DNA of 64,000 nucleotides from Patescibacteria group bacterium (GCA_028688515.1 JAQTXZ010000002.1:25791-89790), one strand, 5' to 3'; numbered from the stretch's first letter, positions 50,088-60,397 are shown. Program-made: numbers and translations. Notes: generated from the sequence alone by a model not told the origin.

Positions 50088-50792
50088 TCATTTCTTTGCA
50101 ATAATAAGTGCAGTGTTCAAATGCTCATAAGCAACACTAATTTCCGAAAAGCCTGCCTCCTTCAGCCAGTCAATTTGATCCTCAATCGGGGCAAGCAAGT
50201 TCAGAAATTTATGATGATAAGCCCATTCTTTAAGTGATGGTTCGTTGCGAGCATGTTCGACTAGGTGATGAAAATGCTGAGCATCATTAATGGCCGCCTT
50301 GGTTTTAGCTTTGTACGTGACTAAATCACCAAATATGAACACACCGCCAGACTTTAAAGAGCCGTAGATTTTTCTGAACAATTTTTTCTTACCTTCGTCT
50401 TTCTGATGATGGATACCAATAACAGATATAACCATATCGAAGTCGTCATCCAGGTTAATTTCAGCATAATCACCTAGGATATATGCGACGTTGTATTTTG
50501 ATAATCGCTTTTTTGCTCCGTCCATCATTTTTTCAGAAAAATCTACAGCCGTTAATGATGCGGTCGGGATAAGTTTCAGTATCTTTTCTGAAGTAAGCCC
50601 GGTTCCAATACCAAGCTCCAATATTCTTTCAACCTTGTTAGAAGCAATATACTCACGGGCGACCTCCTCAAATTTTTTATGCAGCTCATCATGACCTGGT
50701 ATTGAACGGCGAATATCATCGTCATAAATTTCTGACTCATACGAATCATAATTTAGATCGCCCGCAGCAACATTTGTGGTTCGATCATCCAT
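50088..50792 (-). CDS. cassette gene: class I SAM-dependent methyltransferase
   Basis: Motif I ILELGIGTGLTS and post-I AVDFS. Paralogue of 51691..52383 and 40239..40946. Confidence 0.8.
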   Translation of the reverse strand: MDDRTTNVAAGDLNYDSYESEIYDDDIRRSIPGHDELHKKFEEVAREYIASNKVERILELGIGTGLTSEKILKLIPTASLTAVDFSEKMMDGAKKRLSKYNVAYILGDYAEINLDDDFDMVISVIGIHHQKDEGKKKLFRKIYGSLKSGGVFIFGDLVTYKAKTKAAINDAQHFHHLVEHARNEPSLKEWAYHHKFLNLLAPIEDQIDWLKEAGFSEISVAYEHLNTALIIAKK

Positions 50793-50844
50793 ATTGTTAT
50801 TGCAAAGAAATGAATTGATAAGAGTAAATTTTCACAACAATTTC

Positions 50845-50983
50845 GTACAACGTTTCTGAATATCTGAAGTTTGCCAAAATTCCTTTAAAAATCAATTAGT
50901 TTTGGCAAATTTGGGTGAAGATATTTTGCATTCCTTAGCTTTTAATTGTGAAAAATTCCTGAACCGGATATGCCGTGTTATGT
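50845..50983 (-). repeat. attC-like site B
   Basis: ATTTC-GTACAAC-GTTT-CTGAATATCTGAAG...CCGGATATGCC-GT-GTTATGT-GATGT. Confidence 0.65.
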
Positions 50984-51007
50984 GATGTAGCCAGAAATTT
51001 CTATTCC

Positions 51008-51394
51008 TTAATTATTTTTGGTTTCTTTGTTTCTGTATGCATATAAATACAATGCAATAAATAATGGGATAAAAATAACAATATTAATTGTGGCAATAAC
51101 AGGTTGAGACAAGCCGCCCATATCTTTCTCTACTGTCTCTTGAACGACTTGTGACAATGGCAAAATATATTGTTGAAAAATATTCCAAACTATATATCCG
51201 CCAAAGAATATTTTCCAGAACATTAAACTAAACCATCTTTTTTGCCAACAGAATGCAAATAGCCCCACCATGGCTACCAACATAAGAGCAACATCAATAA
51301 CTTCCCAAACTCTTGAGAATCCTTGCCACAAATATGTTGGAATTATAGCAATTAAAAGAAACCAAAAATAAATTTTCCAAAAAGTTTTTTTCAT
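51008..51394 (-). CDS. cassette gene: 4-TM small membrane protein
   Basis: 128 aa with four hydrophobic helices. Confidence 0.6.
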   Translation of the reverse strand: MKKTFWKIYFWFLLIAIIPTYLWQGFSRVWEVIDVALMLVAMVGLFAFCWQKRWFSLMFWKIFFGGYIVWNIFQQYILPLSQVVQETVEKDMGGLSQPVIATINIVIFIPLFIALYLYAYRNKETKNN

Positions 51395-51500
51395 AATGTT
51401 ATTTGGTTAAAAATTAAATATATTTCATTATACACAAGTTATACCGACCACGAAATAAATTACCAAACAAATCTTAAAAAAAGAAATTTTTGGCTATTTC

Positions 51501-51600
51501 ACTTAACGTATCCGAATAAACGAAGTTCGTTTGAAACGCAGTGAGAACGAATTTGCGAAAATGCCGAGCCGAGGCATTTTCCGTTTATTCGGTGTTAGAC
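51501..51600 (-). repeat. attC-like site C
   Basis: ATTTC-ACTTAAC-GTAT-CCGAATAAACG...CGTTTATTCGG-T-GTTAGAC. Confidence 0.75.
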
Positions 51601-51690
51601 GAGGGTTTGTTTCGTCCTCCTATTATATCAATATTCAAAGGCAAAACAAAAGCGCAGCGTCCCCTTGCGTATGCCACAAACATAAATTAT

Positions 51691-52383
51691 TTACTTTTTA
51701 GCAAAGAATACAGCATAATTCATATATTCCCAAGTACTTCTCGAGTCAGAAAAGCCAGCGTCCCTTAGCCATTGCAATTGCTCATTAACCGAACTTGGCA
51801 AGTCCTCCTCTTTGTAATTATCAAACCAATATTGACCTTCTTTTGTCCCGAGATTTTTGATGAGAAAAGCCCTCCACTCTTCCTCTTTTGCAATAGTTTC
51901 TTTTTCTGAATCAAATTTGACAATATCCCCCAATACAAAGATACCACCACTTTTAAGATGATTGAAAATTTTCTTGAACAATTCTTTCTTTTGTTCACCA
52001 GTAAGATGGTGAACGGAGAGTACGGCCACACCAGCGTCGTAATGTTTTTCCTTAAGTTCAAGGTCTTTAATATCTTGCTCGATAAAATGAACATGACTCA
52101 GATTATCCCTTAAGCGAGTTTTGCCCTGTTCAATCATCTTGGGGGATATGTCAAATCCATCAATTACCGCTTGAGGATATTTGTTTAACAAGTGGAGGGC
52201 GGTTTTTCCAGTACCGATACCGAGATCCAATAATACTGGCTTTTCTGACGTTGTATTCACAAGGTCAATTACACTTTGATGCATTTTCTCATAATTTGGA
52301 ATGAGCTTTTTTATTAAAGCATCATAATCATGGTATTTCGCTTCAAAGTGTTCCTTGACTAAACTGCTGTGTTCATTTTCCAT
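51691..52383 (-). CDS. cassette gene: class I SAM-dependent methyltransferase
   Basis: Motif I LLDLGIGTGKTA. Same C-terminal extension ending FFAKK/IIAKK as 50088..50792. Confidence 0.8.
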   Translation of the reverse strand: MENEHSSLVKEHFEAKYHDYDALIKKLIPNYEKMHQSVIDLVNTTSEKPVLLDLGIGTGKTALHLLNKYPQAVIDGFDISPKMIEQGKTRLRDNLSHVHFIEQDIKDLELKEKHYDAGVAVLSVHHLTGEQKKELFKKIFNHLKSGGIFVLGDIVKFDSEKETIAKEEEWRAFLIKNLGTKEGQYWFDNYKEEDLPSSVNEQLQWLRDAGFSDSRSTWEYMNYAVFFAKK

Positions 52384-52414
52384 GAAAATTAATTTAGTTT
52401 TTGTGGCATATTTC

Positions 52415-52491
52415 GCCTAACGTTTCCGAGTATCTGATGTTGCGAAGCAATATGGGTGGAGCGAAGCGGAACCAGATACTCGGTGTTGTAC
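52415..52491 (-). repeat. attC-like site D
   Basis: ATTTC-GCCTAAC-GTTT-CCGAGTATCTG...CAGATACTCGG-T-GTTGTAC-GATGT. Confidence 0.8.
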
Positions 52492-52618
52492 GATGTAGAT
52501 TTTTTATCGTCGTCTTTAGTGGTACTTACGATATTTATTTTAAAAGAAAATTTGATTTTTTGTTTTGAAAAATTAAAGAGGGGTAGGGGGTGAATTTCAT
52601 TTTTCAAAGCTTATTATT

Positions 52619-53545
52619 CTACTTCTCAAGTAAGGGTCTTTGAAGCTCTGGGTTATTTTCGTCGATTTCGGCCATTTTATTTACTGGTATCAAATCAGCT
52701 ATAGATTCTTCACGTTTCCAATTTTGTAAAATATCCCAAATATTTCCTTCGCCAATGTAATCCATAGTTAGCTCACTTCTTTTTGCTTCATATTGCGGAT
52801 AAAGTACACTTTGCGGGTCTTTGATAAATCTTTCAGCAAAATCTTCTGTCCCATTGTAAACATCAGTAATCCATTCGGGTCTCAAGTCTAGTGTGTTTAC
52901 TTCTTTTTCCATTTCAATATTCATAGTTTTGAAGAGAGGATGAACTATTACATCATCGGAAGGTATAGAAAATTCAACAACAGGAAGTCCCTCTTTGTGA
53001 CCAGTGCGTGATTCAGCGGGATTGTGAGGGGGTTGATAAGAAGCTCCGACTGAGACTGAATTAAGTCCTGTCAAGCCCGGAAAATCACCACCGGGACCAA
53101 TATGCAGTTTGAATAATTTAATTCGAGGTATTTTGTGTTGAACAAAATTTCGATAACTATCTAATGAAAAATTGTCTGATAATTCAGCAAAGTCTTTTTC
53201 AAGTTGTGCGTAAATATCCTCTTGTTCAAGAAAACTTCGTAACGCATCTTTAATTCGTTTCGAATTTTTTTGAAAAGATTCTGCCGCATTAGGATTCTCC
53301 AAAACTGCATTTTGGGGATGGTTTAAAATTGCATTCAGTTCTTCATAACTAACCAATCTAAAATATCTGACAGGATTACCTTTGCTATCCTTGTCGGCGG
53401 CGGTTAGTATTTCCCGCTTACGTTCCTCTGGAAATAGATTGCGGGTTAACGATATTCTTTCTTCAATTGATGTGTCGGTAGCAGTAAGGCGAGAAATTAG
53501 AACATTTCGATTAATGTTTTCTGGCGTTGGCATTGCTTCGTTCAT
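52619..53545 (-). CDS. cassette gene: hypothetical protein
   Basis: 308-aa ORF bounded by sites D and E. No motif recognised. Confidence 0.6.
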   Translation of the reverse strand: MNEAMPTPENINRNVLISRLTATDTSIEERISLTRNLFPEERKREILTAADKDSKGNPVRYFRLVSYEELNAILNHPQNAVLENPNAAESFQKNSKRIKDALRSFLEQEDIYAQLEKDFAELSDNFSLDSYRNFVQHKIPRIKLFKLHIGPGGDFPGLTGLNSVSVGASYQPPHNPAESRTGHKEGLPVVEFSIPSDDVIVHPLFKTMNIEMEKEVNTLDLRPEWITDVYNGTEDFAERFIKDPQSVLYPQYEAKRSELTMDYIGEGNIWDILQNWKREESIADLIPVNKMAEIDENNPELQRPLLEK

Positions 53546-53638
53546 AAACCCCTTTATTATATTATTAAAAAAATGAAATTTTCTGTCTTTTTAAAATCAT
53601 TTAAACCCTATTTTACCACGAGATAAAAAATTTATTTC

Positions 53639-54256
53639 GTACAACGTTTCCGAATATCTGAAGTTGCGCCCGTGTTTATTGGTTAAAACTTCAAACATTC
53701 TACTATCTTAATTATATCACTAAACTTTGTTTTATCACAGCGCAATTTGAGTGGAACAGAAAAGAAAATCACAAATATTTTCCTTATTTTAAGCCCTTTT
53801 TTTGAATTTTTTGAAAGTGCTATGGACAAAGACTGAAAAATATGCTATAGTCTAGTGTCCAGTGGATTTCCCGCTGGCATACCTTACAAAGGAGGACATT
53901 ATGAGGATCGCTTTTCTTCTGGTAGCATTGTGGAATACGGTGGTGGCAGCAATTAACGTCAATATATTGCCGTTGTATATGTCACCGGAAGCCATGGTAT
54001 ATGTAACACCGTTATCACAGCTTCTTCCAATCTGTATACCACTCGTAATTGCGGCAGCATTGCCAAGTGGAGGCAATTCAATCACGCTCAACGACCTTCG
54101 CAAATGTTTGTCGTAAGCAATTCACGACTTACCCCCTGGTGGAATCTATTTCTACCAAGGGCTCTTTTTTTCAAAAAATTCAAAAAAAGGGCCATATAAA
54201 TTGTAAAAAATATTTGTGATTTTCTTTTCTGTGTAACCAGATATTCGGTGTTAGAT
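53639..54256 (-). repeat. attC-like site E, interrupted or expanded by a 477-bp IR-flanked module
   Basis: Left half ATTTC-GTACAAC-GTTT-CCGAATATCTG. Right half CAGATATTCGG-T-GTTAGAT-GATGT. The two halves are 590 bp apart. Confidence 0.55.
53901..54116 (+). CDS. small 2-TM hydrophobic protein inside site E (reverse orientation, own promoter and SD)
   Basis: ATG is 6 nt after AAAGGAGGA. TGGACA-17-TATAGT lies upstream (about 53823-53850). MRIAFLLVALWNTVVAAINVNILPLY.... Confidence 0.5.
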   Translation: MRIAFLLVALWNTVVAAINVNILPLYMSPEAMVYVTPLSQLLPICIPLVIAAALPSGGNSITLNDLRKCLS

Positions 54257-54355
54257 GATGTTTTGCCGACTCTGCAAGCTACAAATTACTTTATTGGAAC
54301 AAACTTTTTATCTGCACGAACATTTTTTAGTTTCTATATTACAAGGCGAAATTTC

Positions 54356-54422
54356 ATCTAACGTCATCGCGATATCTGACGTTTTAATGTGGCGAAGCCC
54401 TTGCAGATATCGCGTGTTAGGC
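54356..54422 (-). repeat. attC-like site F
   Basis: ATTTC-ATCTAAC-GTCAT-CGCGATATCTG...CAGATATCGCG-T-GTTAGGC-GATGT. Confidence 0.8.
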
Positions 54423-54439
54423 GATGTAAAGCCCAAAAA

Positions 54440-55309
54440 TTAATTTATAACCGCCATTAATGTTCTTTCTTTGCCAAATTTATTATAATCTTCTTTTGCT
54501 AAGGATAGACTATACGGAACGAAGGCTTGATCAATTAAACTTTCTGTTTTTTGATAAATGGTTTCAAAAAATTTTTTGTGTTGCACCGTGGCTTCAAAAC
54601 CATCCGTGTAAAAAACCACCAAATCTCCCTTGCTTAATCCGATTTCTCCAAAATTCATAAACTTTTCAGCTTCATTTTCACCGGTTAATGCGCCGTAAGA
54701 AACACATTTATTTTCAACGATTTTTTTGGCGTTGTTTCTATATTCAGACCTGATCATCTTGCGGTACTTAGGCATGGCAAAATTGAAATCGGATTTTTGC
54801 AGATTTGATTTTTCATATTCTTCAAACGTCTTCATCCAATTCGGTGTCTGAAATTTAATTTTGCCATTTTTATCATAAACAATAATTCCACAGTCACATA
54901 TTCCAGCCCAGAATAGTTTGCCGTTATAAATAATTCCACCACTGGCAACGCAGCCAAAAAAATCATTTATCAAGTAATCAACTTTTTTAGTATTGTCTTT
55001 GTTCAACTCGGCAATCTTTTTATTTCCAAAAATAAATGCGTTTCTGATTGTTTTTAATGAAGGAATTTTGTTATCTAGAGATTTTACAAACGATTCACAA
55101 AAAATATCAGCTGAAAAACGGGCACCACTTGGATTTGGATAATTTTTCAGAGAATCTTCTATGGACAAGTTTGTAAAATCTTTTGGAGAAATTGGATCTC
55201 GTGTAATTCCATCGGCAACACAAAAAATTTTTCCATCAACCATCATTGAATCTTCCGGAGGCATTAGATGTCCGTATAATAAATTTGGCAAAGATACTTT
55301 ATAAATCAT
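54440..55309 (-). CDS. cassette gene: PP2C/SpoIIE-like phosphatase-fold protein (tentative)
   Basis: FCVADGITRD and VVFYTDGFEA resemble the two Asp-containing PP2C motifs. Confidence 0.4.
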   Translation of the reverse strand: MIYKVSLPNLLYGHLMPPEDSMMVDGKIFCVADGITRDPISPKDFTNLSIEDSLKNYPNPSGARFSADIFCESFVKSLDNKIPSLKTIRNAFIFGNKKIAELNKDNTKKVDYLINDFFGCVASGGIIYNGKLFWAGICDCGIIVYDKNGKIKFQTPNWMKTFEEYEKSNLQKSDFNFAMPKYRKMIRSEYRNNAKKIVENKCVSYGALTGENEAEKFMNFGEIGLSKGDLVVFYTDGFEATVQHKKFFETIYQKTESLIDQAFVPYSLSLAKEDYNKFGKERTLMAVIN

Positions 55310-55333
55310 AAATTAATTTTTGGGCTTTATTTC

Positions 55334-55451
55334 GTCTAACGTTCCGGGCTATGCGAAGACCGCCTCAAGCGGTTTTGGGTGAGCGTCCTAATTCGCTTTA
55401 GCTACCTAAATACTAGCAAAACCGTCGCGAACCGCATAGCCCGAGTTAGCT
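55334..55451 (-). repeat. attC-like site G
   Basis: ATTTC-GTCTAAC-GTTC-CGGGCTATGCG...CGCATAGCCCG-A-GTTAGCT-GAAGT. Confidence 0.75.
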
Positions 55452-55673
55452 GAAGTATTCCTTTTCTTTTTTCCTTGATTTTACTGTTAAAATTTTTAAA
55501 TTTCTTTTTCTTTTCTGTGTGGAGGGCAAGAGGGGAAATAAAGGGGTGAATTGCCCGGAGCTACTAAAAAACTTTACTACATATAAAAAGGAAGGGGTTT
55601 AGGTTGGGGGTGGGGTGGGGTGGGGTGCTTTTTATTTAGGTTTGATTCCTAAAATTTTAATGTAAACTTACAG

Positions 55674-57929
55674 TTACTTATCAAATGTAACTATACCCTG
55701 TGCCTTGTTGTAAATATCAATTTTATTATCTATATCTACACGATTTACCAACCAACCAAGTAATTCGCATTGATGCACAAAATCATTAATTCTATTAACA
55801 CCATTAATCTCTTTTAATGTCACAACCAAACCAAAATTAATATCATTACTGCGCCTACTCAATCTTTCTTTTGATTTAACGCTGAGTCCCCACATGCCTT
55901 TATCGTAAACATCGCGTGCAAGAACTCTATCTGTAAAAATTTCATTTATATGTTTAGTGTTGTCCCATTTTCGGTAAAATTTCCTGGCGTTACCTTCGTA
56001 TATATAATGTTTTTCACCGTCATTATTATTTTGACAATTCTTGTTTATAGACTTGATGCCCTTGCCTTTGATTCTACCAAAATATATATCTAGCTCCGTG
56101 TTTGTGTAATCAACTCCTTGATTAATAGAGCAACTGGGGAAATAACATAAGGTAGCTTTAGCAACAAAAGGGTGTTTATTGTTATTTATTGGAACAGGTA
56201 AATTATAAGCATATGTATCCCATTTTTTAGAGATACCACTAATAATAAACTTTATTTCATCATTATCCGCTTTTATAATGTTTTCTATATTTTTAGGTAC
56301 TACACCATGACCCACAAAGGGTGCTAATTTAGTATTATTACCAATGCTATTCCACCCAGCAGCAGCATCTATAATTAGTGCTTTTGCGACTTCTCGGTTA
56401 AGCCCAAGGACTTCTATTAAATAAGCAATTTTTCGTGTTACCCATGGAGCTGCGTATGAAGTACCACTACATAAGCCTTCGCCAGTTGGCGTGCACACCC
56501 TAAGATAATCGCCTTTATCACCGCCATAACTGCTAACGTCTGGTTTATTAAAAAATGATAAAACTAACCCCTTTCTTGAATAGGTTGCTGGAGACCCCTT
56601 ACTATTTACCGAATTTACAACTATAGCGTTAATTGAATCGGCGGGTGAGCCAATCATTTTTTCCACTCTACTTTCATCGTCGCGTTTATTAGTACCTGCT
56701 ATTACAAAAATAACATTATTTTCGTATTGAATTTCGTCTAATATAGCAGCTTCTGGTGATATAAAATTGGGATTAATTTCTCTATCGGATCCCAAAGATA
56801 GATTCCATACTGTTATATCGGGATTTGAAGTAACTATCTCTCTTATGGCCTTCATAATAGAAAAAGCACTATACTGTCCTTGTGCGGCTACGCCAAAATG
56901 CCTAACTTTAAATCTACCACACCCATCATCTAGCTCTGGGTGAATAGTTGGCCCATCAACAATAATTGAACTTACCGATGTTCCGTGAACATAATCTTTG
57001 GATTCCGTAGGTATCTCCTCATTGATCATTTTTCTAAAATCCACCCATTCAGAAAAATATACTGATTTATCAAATAAAGTATCTATTACCCCTACAATAG
57101 GTTCGTCTTTTGGTGGGTCTATTGTTTTTATAGTCGCATCGCTGCTTGCGTCATCAACAACCTCCTCAAAACTTAGTTTAGATATATCTTCTGTCGACAT
57201 TGCAATAAGATAAGGAGCCTTGTCTGACAAGAGTTTAATTTCGTCTGGATATAAAAGTAAGGTGGTTTCACTTAGTATTTTATCAGGCTGAATATTTATA
57301 CCGATCCCTTTCATCAATTCAGTTAAATCGACATTTGTTTTATATACTGTAATTATCGATCTATTGTTTGTATTCGCGCTATTATTAGGAACCTTAAAAC
57401 CTTCTATATAATGTGAATCTACAATTATATTTCTAAAATTTGTTTTTGTGACCCCATATTTTTCATACTTAATATTTTTATCATTTAAACCACTAATCAA
57501 ATCGTGGGTTATCTTTCCGTTAAATATTTCATCTAATAGCTTTATACAGCCTTCTAATTTTTTAATTGTATCCTGAATTACTTTTTCGCTAACATGATGC
57601 GTAATCACATGTTTTCTTGTCACTTCATTAGCAAATCTCGCACCAACAACAGAATCATTTACAGAGCCACTATTTGATAATAGCCCACTTATCCTATTGC
57701 TCTTAGCGATGACGTCGATATAACAAACATCAACTAGGCAACCTTTGATAATACTTTGTCTAGTCCAATAATCAGCTAAGGCATTAAGCTGACTAACAAA
57801 AGACTTTAGTTTATCAGAATCTATAGATGGGGAATTTTTAGGAATGTTACGAGAGCTTGGCCGGATATCATGCGAGCGTTCCTGAAGAGTTCCTTTTAAT
57901 TGAAGTATGTTATTCATAATTTTAGACAT
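55674..57929 (-). CDS. S8 (subtilase) serine peptidase with ~290-aa unknown N-terminal domain (IetS-like)
   Basis: Catalytic contexts VGVIDT (D), HGTSVSSII (H), WNLSLG (N) and GTSYAAPWV (S). Confidence 0.85.
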   Translation of the reverse strand: MSKIMNNILQLKGTLQERSHDIRPSSRNIPKNSPSIDSDKLKSFVSQLNALADYWTRQSIIKGCLVDVCYIDVIAKSNRISGLLSNSGSVNDSVVGARFANEVTRKHVITHHVSEKVIQDTIKKLEGCIKLLDEIFNGKITHDLISGLNDKNIKYEKYGVTKTNFRNIIVDSHYIEGFKVPNNSANTNNRSIITVYKTNVDLTELMKGIGINIQPDKILSETTLLLYPDEIKLLSDKAPYLIAMSTEDISKLSFEEVVDDASSDATIKTIDPPKDEPIVGVIDTLFDKSVYFSEWVDFRKMINEEIPTESKDYVHGTSVSSIIVDGPTIHPELDDGCGRFKVRHFGVAAQGQYSAFSIMKAIREIVTSNPDITVWNLSLGSDREINPNFISPEAAILDEIQYENNVIFVIAGTNKRDDESRVEKMIGSPADSINAIVVNSVNSKGSPATYSRKGLVLSFFNKPDVSSYGGDKGDYLRVCTPTGEGLCSGTSYAAPWVTRKIAYLIEVLGLNREVAKALIIDAAAGWNSIGNNTKLAPFVGHGVVPKNIENIIKADNDEIKFIISGISKKWDTYAYNLPVPINNNKHPFVAKATLCYFPSCSINQGVDYTNTELDIYFGRIKGKGIKSINKNCQNNNDGEKHYIYEGNARKFYRKWDNTKHINEIFTDRVLARDVYDKGMWGLSVKSKERLSRRSNDINFGLVVTLKEINGVNRINDFVHQCELLGWLVNRVDIDNKIDIYNKAQGIVTFDK

Positions 57930-58968
57930 TTAGTTCTCTCGAAACTTGGCTTTTAGAAACTCCTGTTAATATTTCTATTTCTCTAACCGTAAAACCGCTG
58001 TGTTGTAATTTTTTTAAATCTATCTTGTTGTCTTTAGTCCGTATAGATTCATATAATTTTTTTAAGTAATCGTATTCATTATTTGGATCACTAAACGCTA
58101 GTGCGGTTTTAATTATATTTTTTAAATCACCGGGATAAGGAATATGATCTAATGTTAAAAATATTTTTTTAAATAGCCTCATATTGCGACTAGCGAATTT
58201 AAATTTTGTTAAAAACTCATTTAACATTGATTCTGCGACTTCAATCAATTCTTCTTTGTTATATCTATTAAAATTTATAGTTGAATCAAATCTTCTAAGT
58301 AACGCCTTATCGAATTGCCCAAAAAGATTAGTGGTGGCTATAAGTACGATTTCATCACTTAATCCATCCAACCCTTTTAAAACAGAAGATGTTACTCGAC
58401 CCATTTCTCGTAAATCATTAGAATTAATTCTATCTAGAGCTATTGCGTCTATCTCGTCAAACAAAATAATCACTTTTTCTGGGTGAGGTAATCTACTTAA
58501 CTCTGTAAAAACGGAAGCAATGTTTTTGGACGTTTGGCCAAGCTTGCTATCAATAACACTATCAAAATCTATCGCATATAAATCACGTTCAAGAATACGA
58601 GCAATCTGTTTTGCGGTTTCAGTTTTACCTGTTCCAGGATCACCCTCAAATAAGAACTTACTAACTCCAATTTTATGTCCAATTGAATTTATAATGCCCA
58701 CTATATCGTTTTTTATAAGAGTGGGGAGGGGGAAGGAGTTACTACTATCTAAGTTCACTCTCATAAAAAATGGAAGGCTGTATTCGTTGTCCTGTGGTAC
58801 AAAAGTATTAGCACCAGACAGCAAAGCCATAATATATTGAGCCAATTCAGAATCTCCAGTAGAATCGAAGTACCTAGCTATATCATAAGCTTCATTTTTA
58901 AAACCCGCCTCATTTTTTTCCGCATGGTATTTAATTAAATTTAAAATATTTTTTTTGCGCATATACAT
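57922..58968 (-). CDS. AAA+ ATPase with C-terminal HTH (IetA-like)
   Basis: Walker A GDPGTGKTETA, Walker B ILFDEIDAI, ATTN sensor-1. C-terminal FTVREIEILTGVSKSQVSRELN. 8-nt overlap with the S8 gene. Confidence 0.88.
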   Translation of the reverse strand: MYMRKKNILNLIKYHAEKNEAGFKNEAYDIARYFDSTGDSELAQYIMALLSGANTFVPQDNEYSLPFFMRVNLDSSNSFPLPTLIKNDIVGIINSIGHKIGVSKFLFEGDPGTGKTETAKQIARILERDLYAIDFDSVIDSKLGQTSKNIASVFTELSRLPHPEKVIILFDEIDAIALDRINSNDLREMGRVTSSVLKGLDGLSDEIVLIATTNLFGQFDKALLRRFDSTINFNRYNKEELIEVAESMLNEFLTKFKFASRNMRLFKKIFLTLDHIPYPGDLKNIIKTALAFSDPNNEYDYLKKLYESIRTKDNKIDLKKLQHSGFTVREIEILTGVSKSQVSRELNV

Positions 58969-59231
58969 TTTTTTAATGAAATGAATTTATGTTATCCATA
59001 CTTTATATTAACATATTTGGGACACCAGTACAACAAAATGGGACACAATAATAAAAAATTGCGATTTCATTGATGTTTTGCCTTTCATATATTTAATCCT
59101 ATTAATGCAAAAAACGCCTTAACTAGGCGTTTTCCGTTGCTGTCTTTAGCTTAAACAATATATGAAATTTCACTTTTTCCATTAGAACCACATTTTTTGT
59201 GCATTTTCCATGCTGGTTTTGATTTATTTAG

Positions 59232-60395
59232 TTACCGATTTCCCTTTGCCCTATTATGCGTCTTACACAACATCTGACAGTTTTTTGTTGCAGTTTTACC
59301 GCCTTTGCTCCAAGCGGCAACATGATCTGCATCCATATCACTCAAGCTCCAAATTTTATCTATGTTTGCATCGTGGCCTATTGCACAATGTGGGCAGTTT
59401 GAAACACCTTTTTCCTTTGCAGTAGCGGTTTGAACTTCGTAAACTGACCGCTTAGTCGGGTCATCAAATACACGCACCTCCAGTAATTTTTTATCAACCT
59501 CACCACCTAAAACATATTCGAAAATCCCTCGTCGATTCTTTACGTAAGCATCACCGTACAGCTTCTGTACTGAAGCGGACACTTTAGCCGGGTCGTATTT
59601 TTTCTTGTGGTAAGTTTTGTAAAGCCTGTTCCACTCAAGACCTTTCATTTCGCTTTCAACGTCTGTGAACGTGGTTGAAACCCAGTCGATAACAGTATTA
59701 AAATGCTTTTTTAATTCGGTTATATTTTTATCATTACGGTGCATGCTCATATAATTGTCGATCGCACCATCAGAAACCCAATCCAAAGCACGCTCCAAAT
59801 ATGCTTGGCGCTTAATGTCACCAGCAATGTACGTGCTCCACTTCTGTACGTTTGCGTTTTGGCTATTACTAAACTCTTCGCGCGCCTTGGTAACAAAAGG
59901 CCCTGAATAAACAGCGTTCAAGATTTCTTGCTCTGTCAGTGGCACACCAGCGATATTGATAGTTTTAAACCAATCCTTAATTTCAGGTTCGTCACCTTCA
60001 CATACATACACTAGTAATTTAGTGTCCATTATTTGCTCACGCTGACTACTAGCCATGCCACTGAAATACTGTTCATGGCCATTTTTATCTTTGACAGCAA
60101 ACTTACCTGCCACAAACCGACCAATACTTGTGATGCGTTGCTGTCCGTCGAGCACTTCAAATATATCAGTACCTGCTTGGTTAAAATAAATTAAACCTAT
60201 CGGATAACCTTTCAAAATTGAATCGATCACCGCAACGTCTCTTTTACCATCGGCATAAATGTAATTACGTTGGTACTCTGGCTGAATAGTTAACTTGCCT
60301 GACAAGCCAAACAAGCCTTTTCCTTCCAGTTCGTTATAAACAAAACCGTCGCAAATTTCTTTTATAGTGATGTCTTTTTTTAGGGTTGTTTTCAT
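59232..60395 (-). CDS. DUF262 (ParB/GmrSD N-terminal-like) + HNH nuclease fusion
   Basis: [12 protein letters not shown] motif. C-terminal CPHC...DADHV...[18 protein letters not shown]/zinc-hook. Confidence 0.8.
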   Translation of the reverse strand: MKTTLKKDITIKEICDGFVYNELEGKGLFGLSGKLTIQPEYQRNYIYADGKRDVAVIDSILKGYPIGLIYFNQAGTDIFEVLDGQQRITSIGRFVAGKFAVKDKNGHEQYFSGMASSQREQIMDTKLLVYVCEGDEPEIKDWFKTINIAGVPLTEQEILNAVYSGPFVTKAREEFSNSQNANVQKWSTYIAGDIKRQAYLERALDWVSDGAIDNYMSMHRNDKNITELKKHFNTVIDWVSTTFTDVESEMKGLEWNRLYKTYHKKKYDPAKVSASVQKLYGDAYVKNRRGIFEYVLGGEVDKKLLEVRVFDDPTKRSVYEVQTATAKEKGVSNCPHCAIGHDANIDKIWSLSDMDADHVAAWSKGGKTATKNCQMLCKTHNRAKGNR

Positions 60396-60397
60396 AA

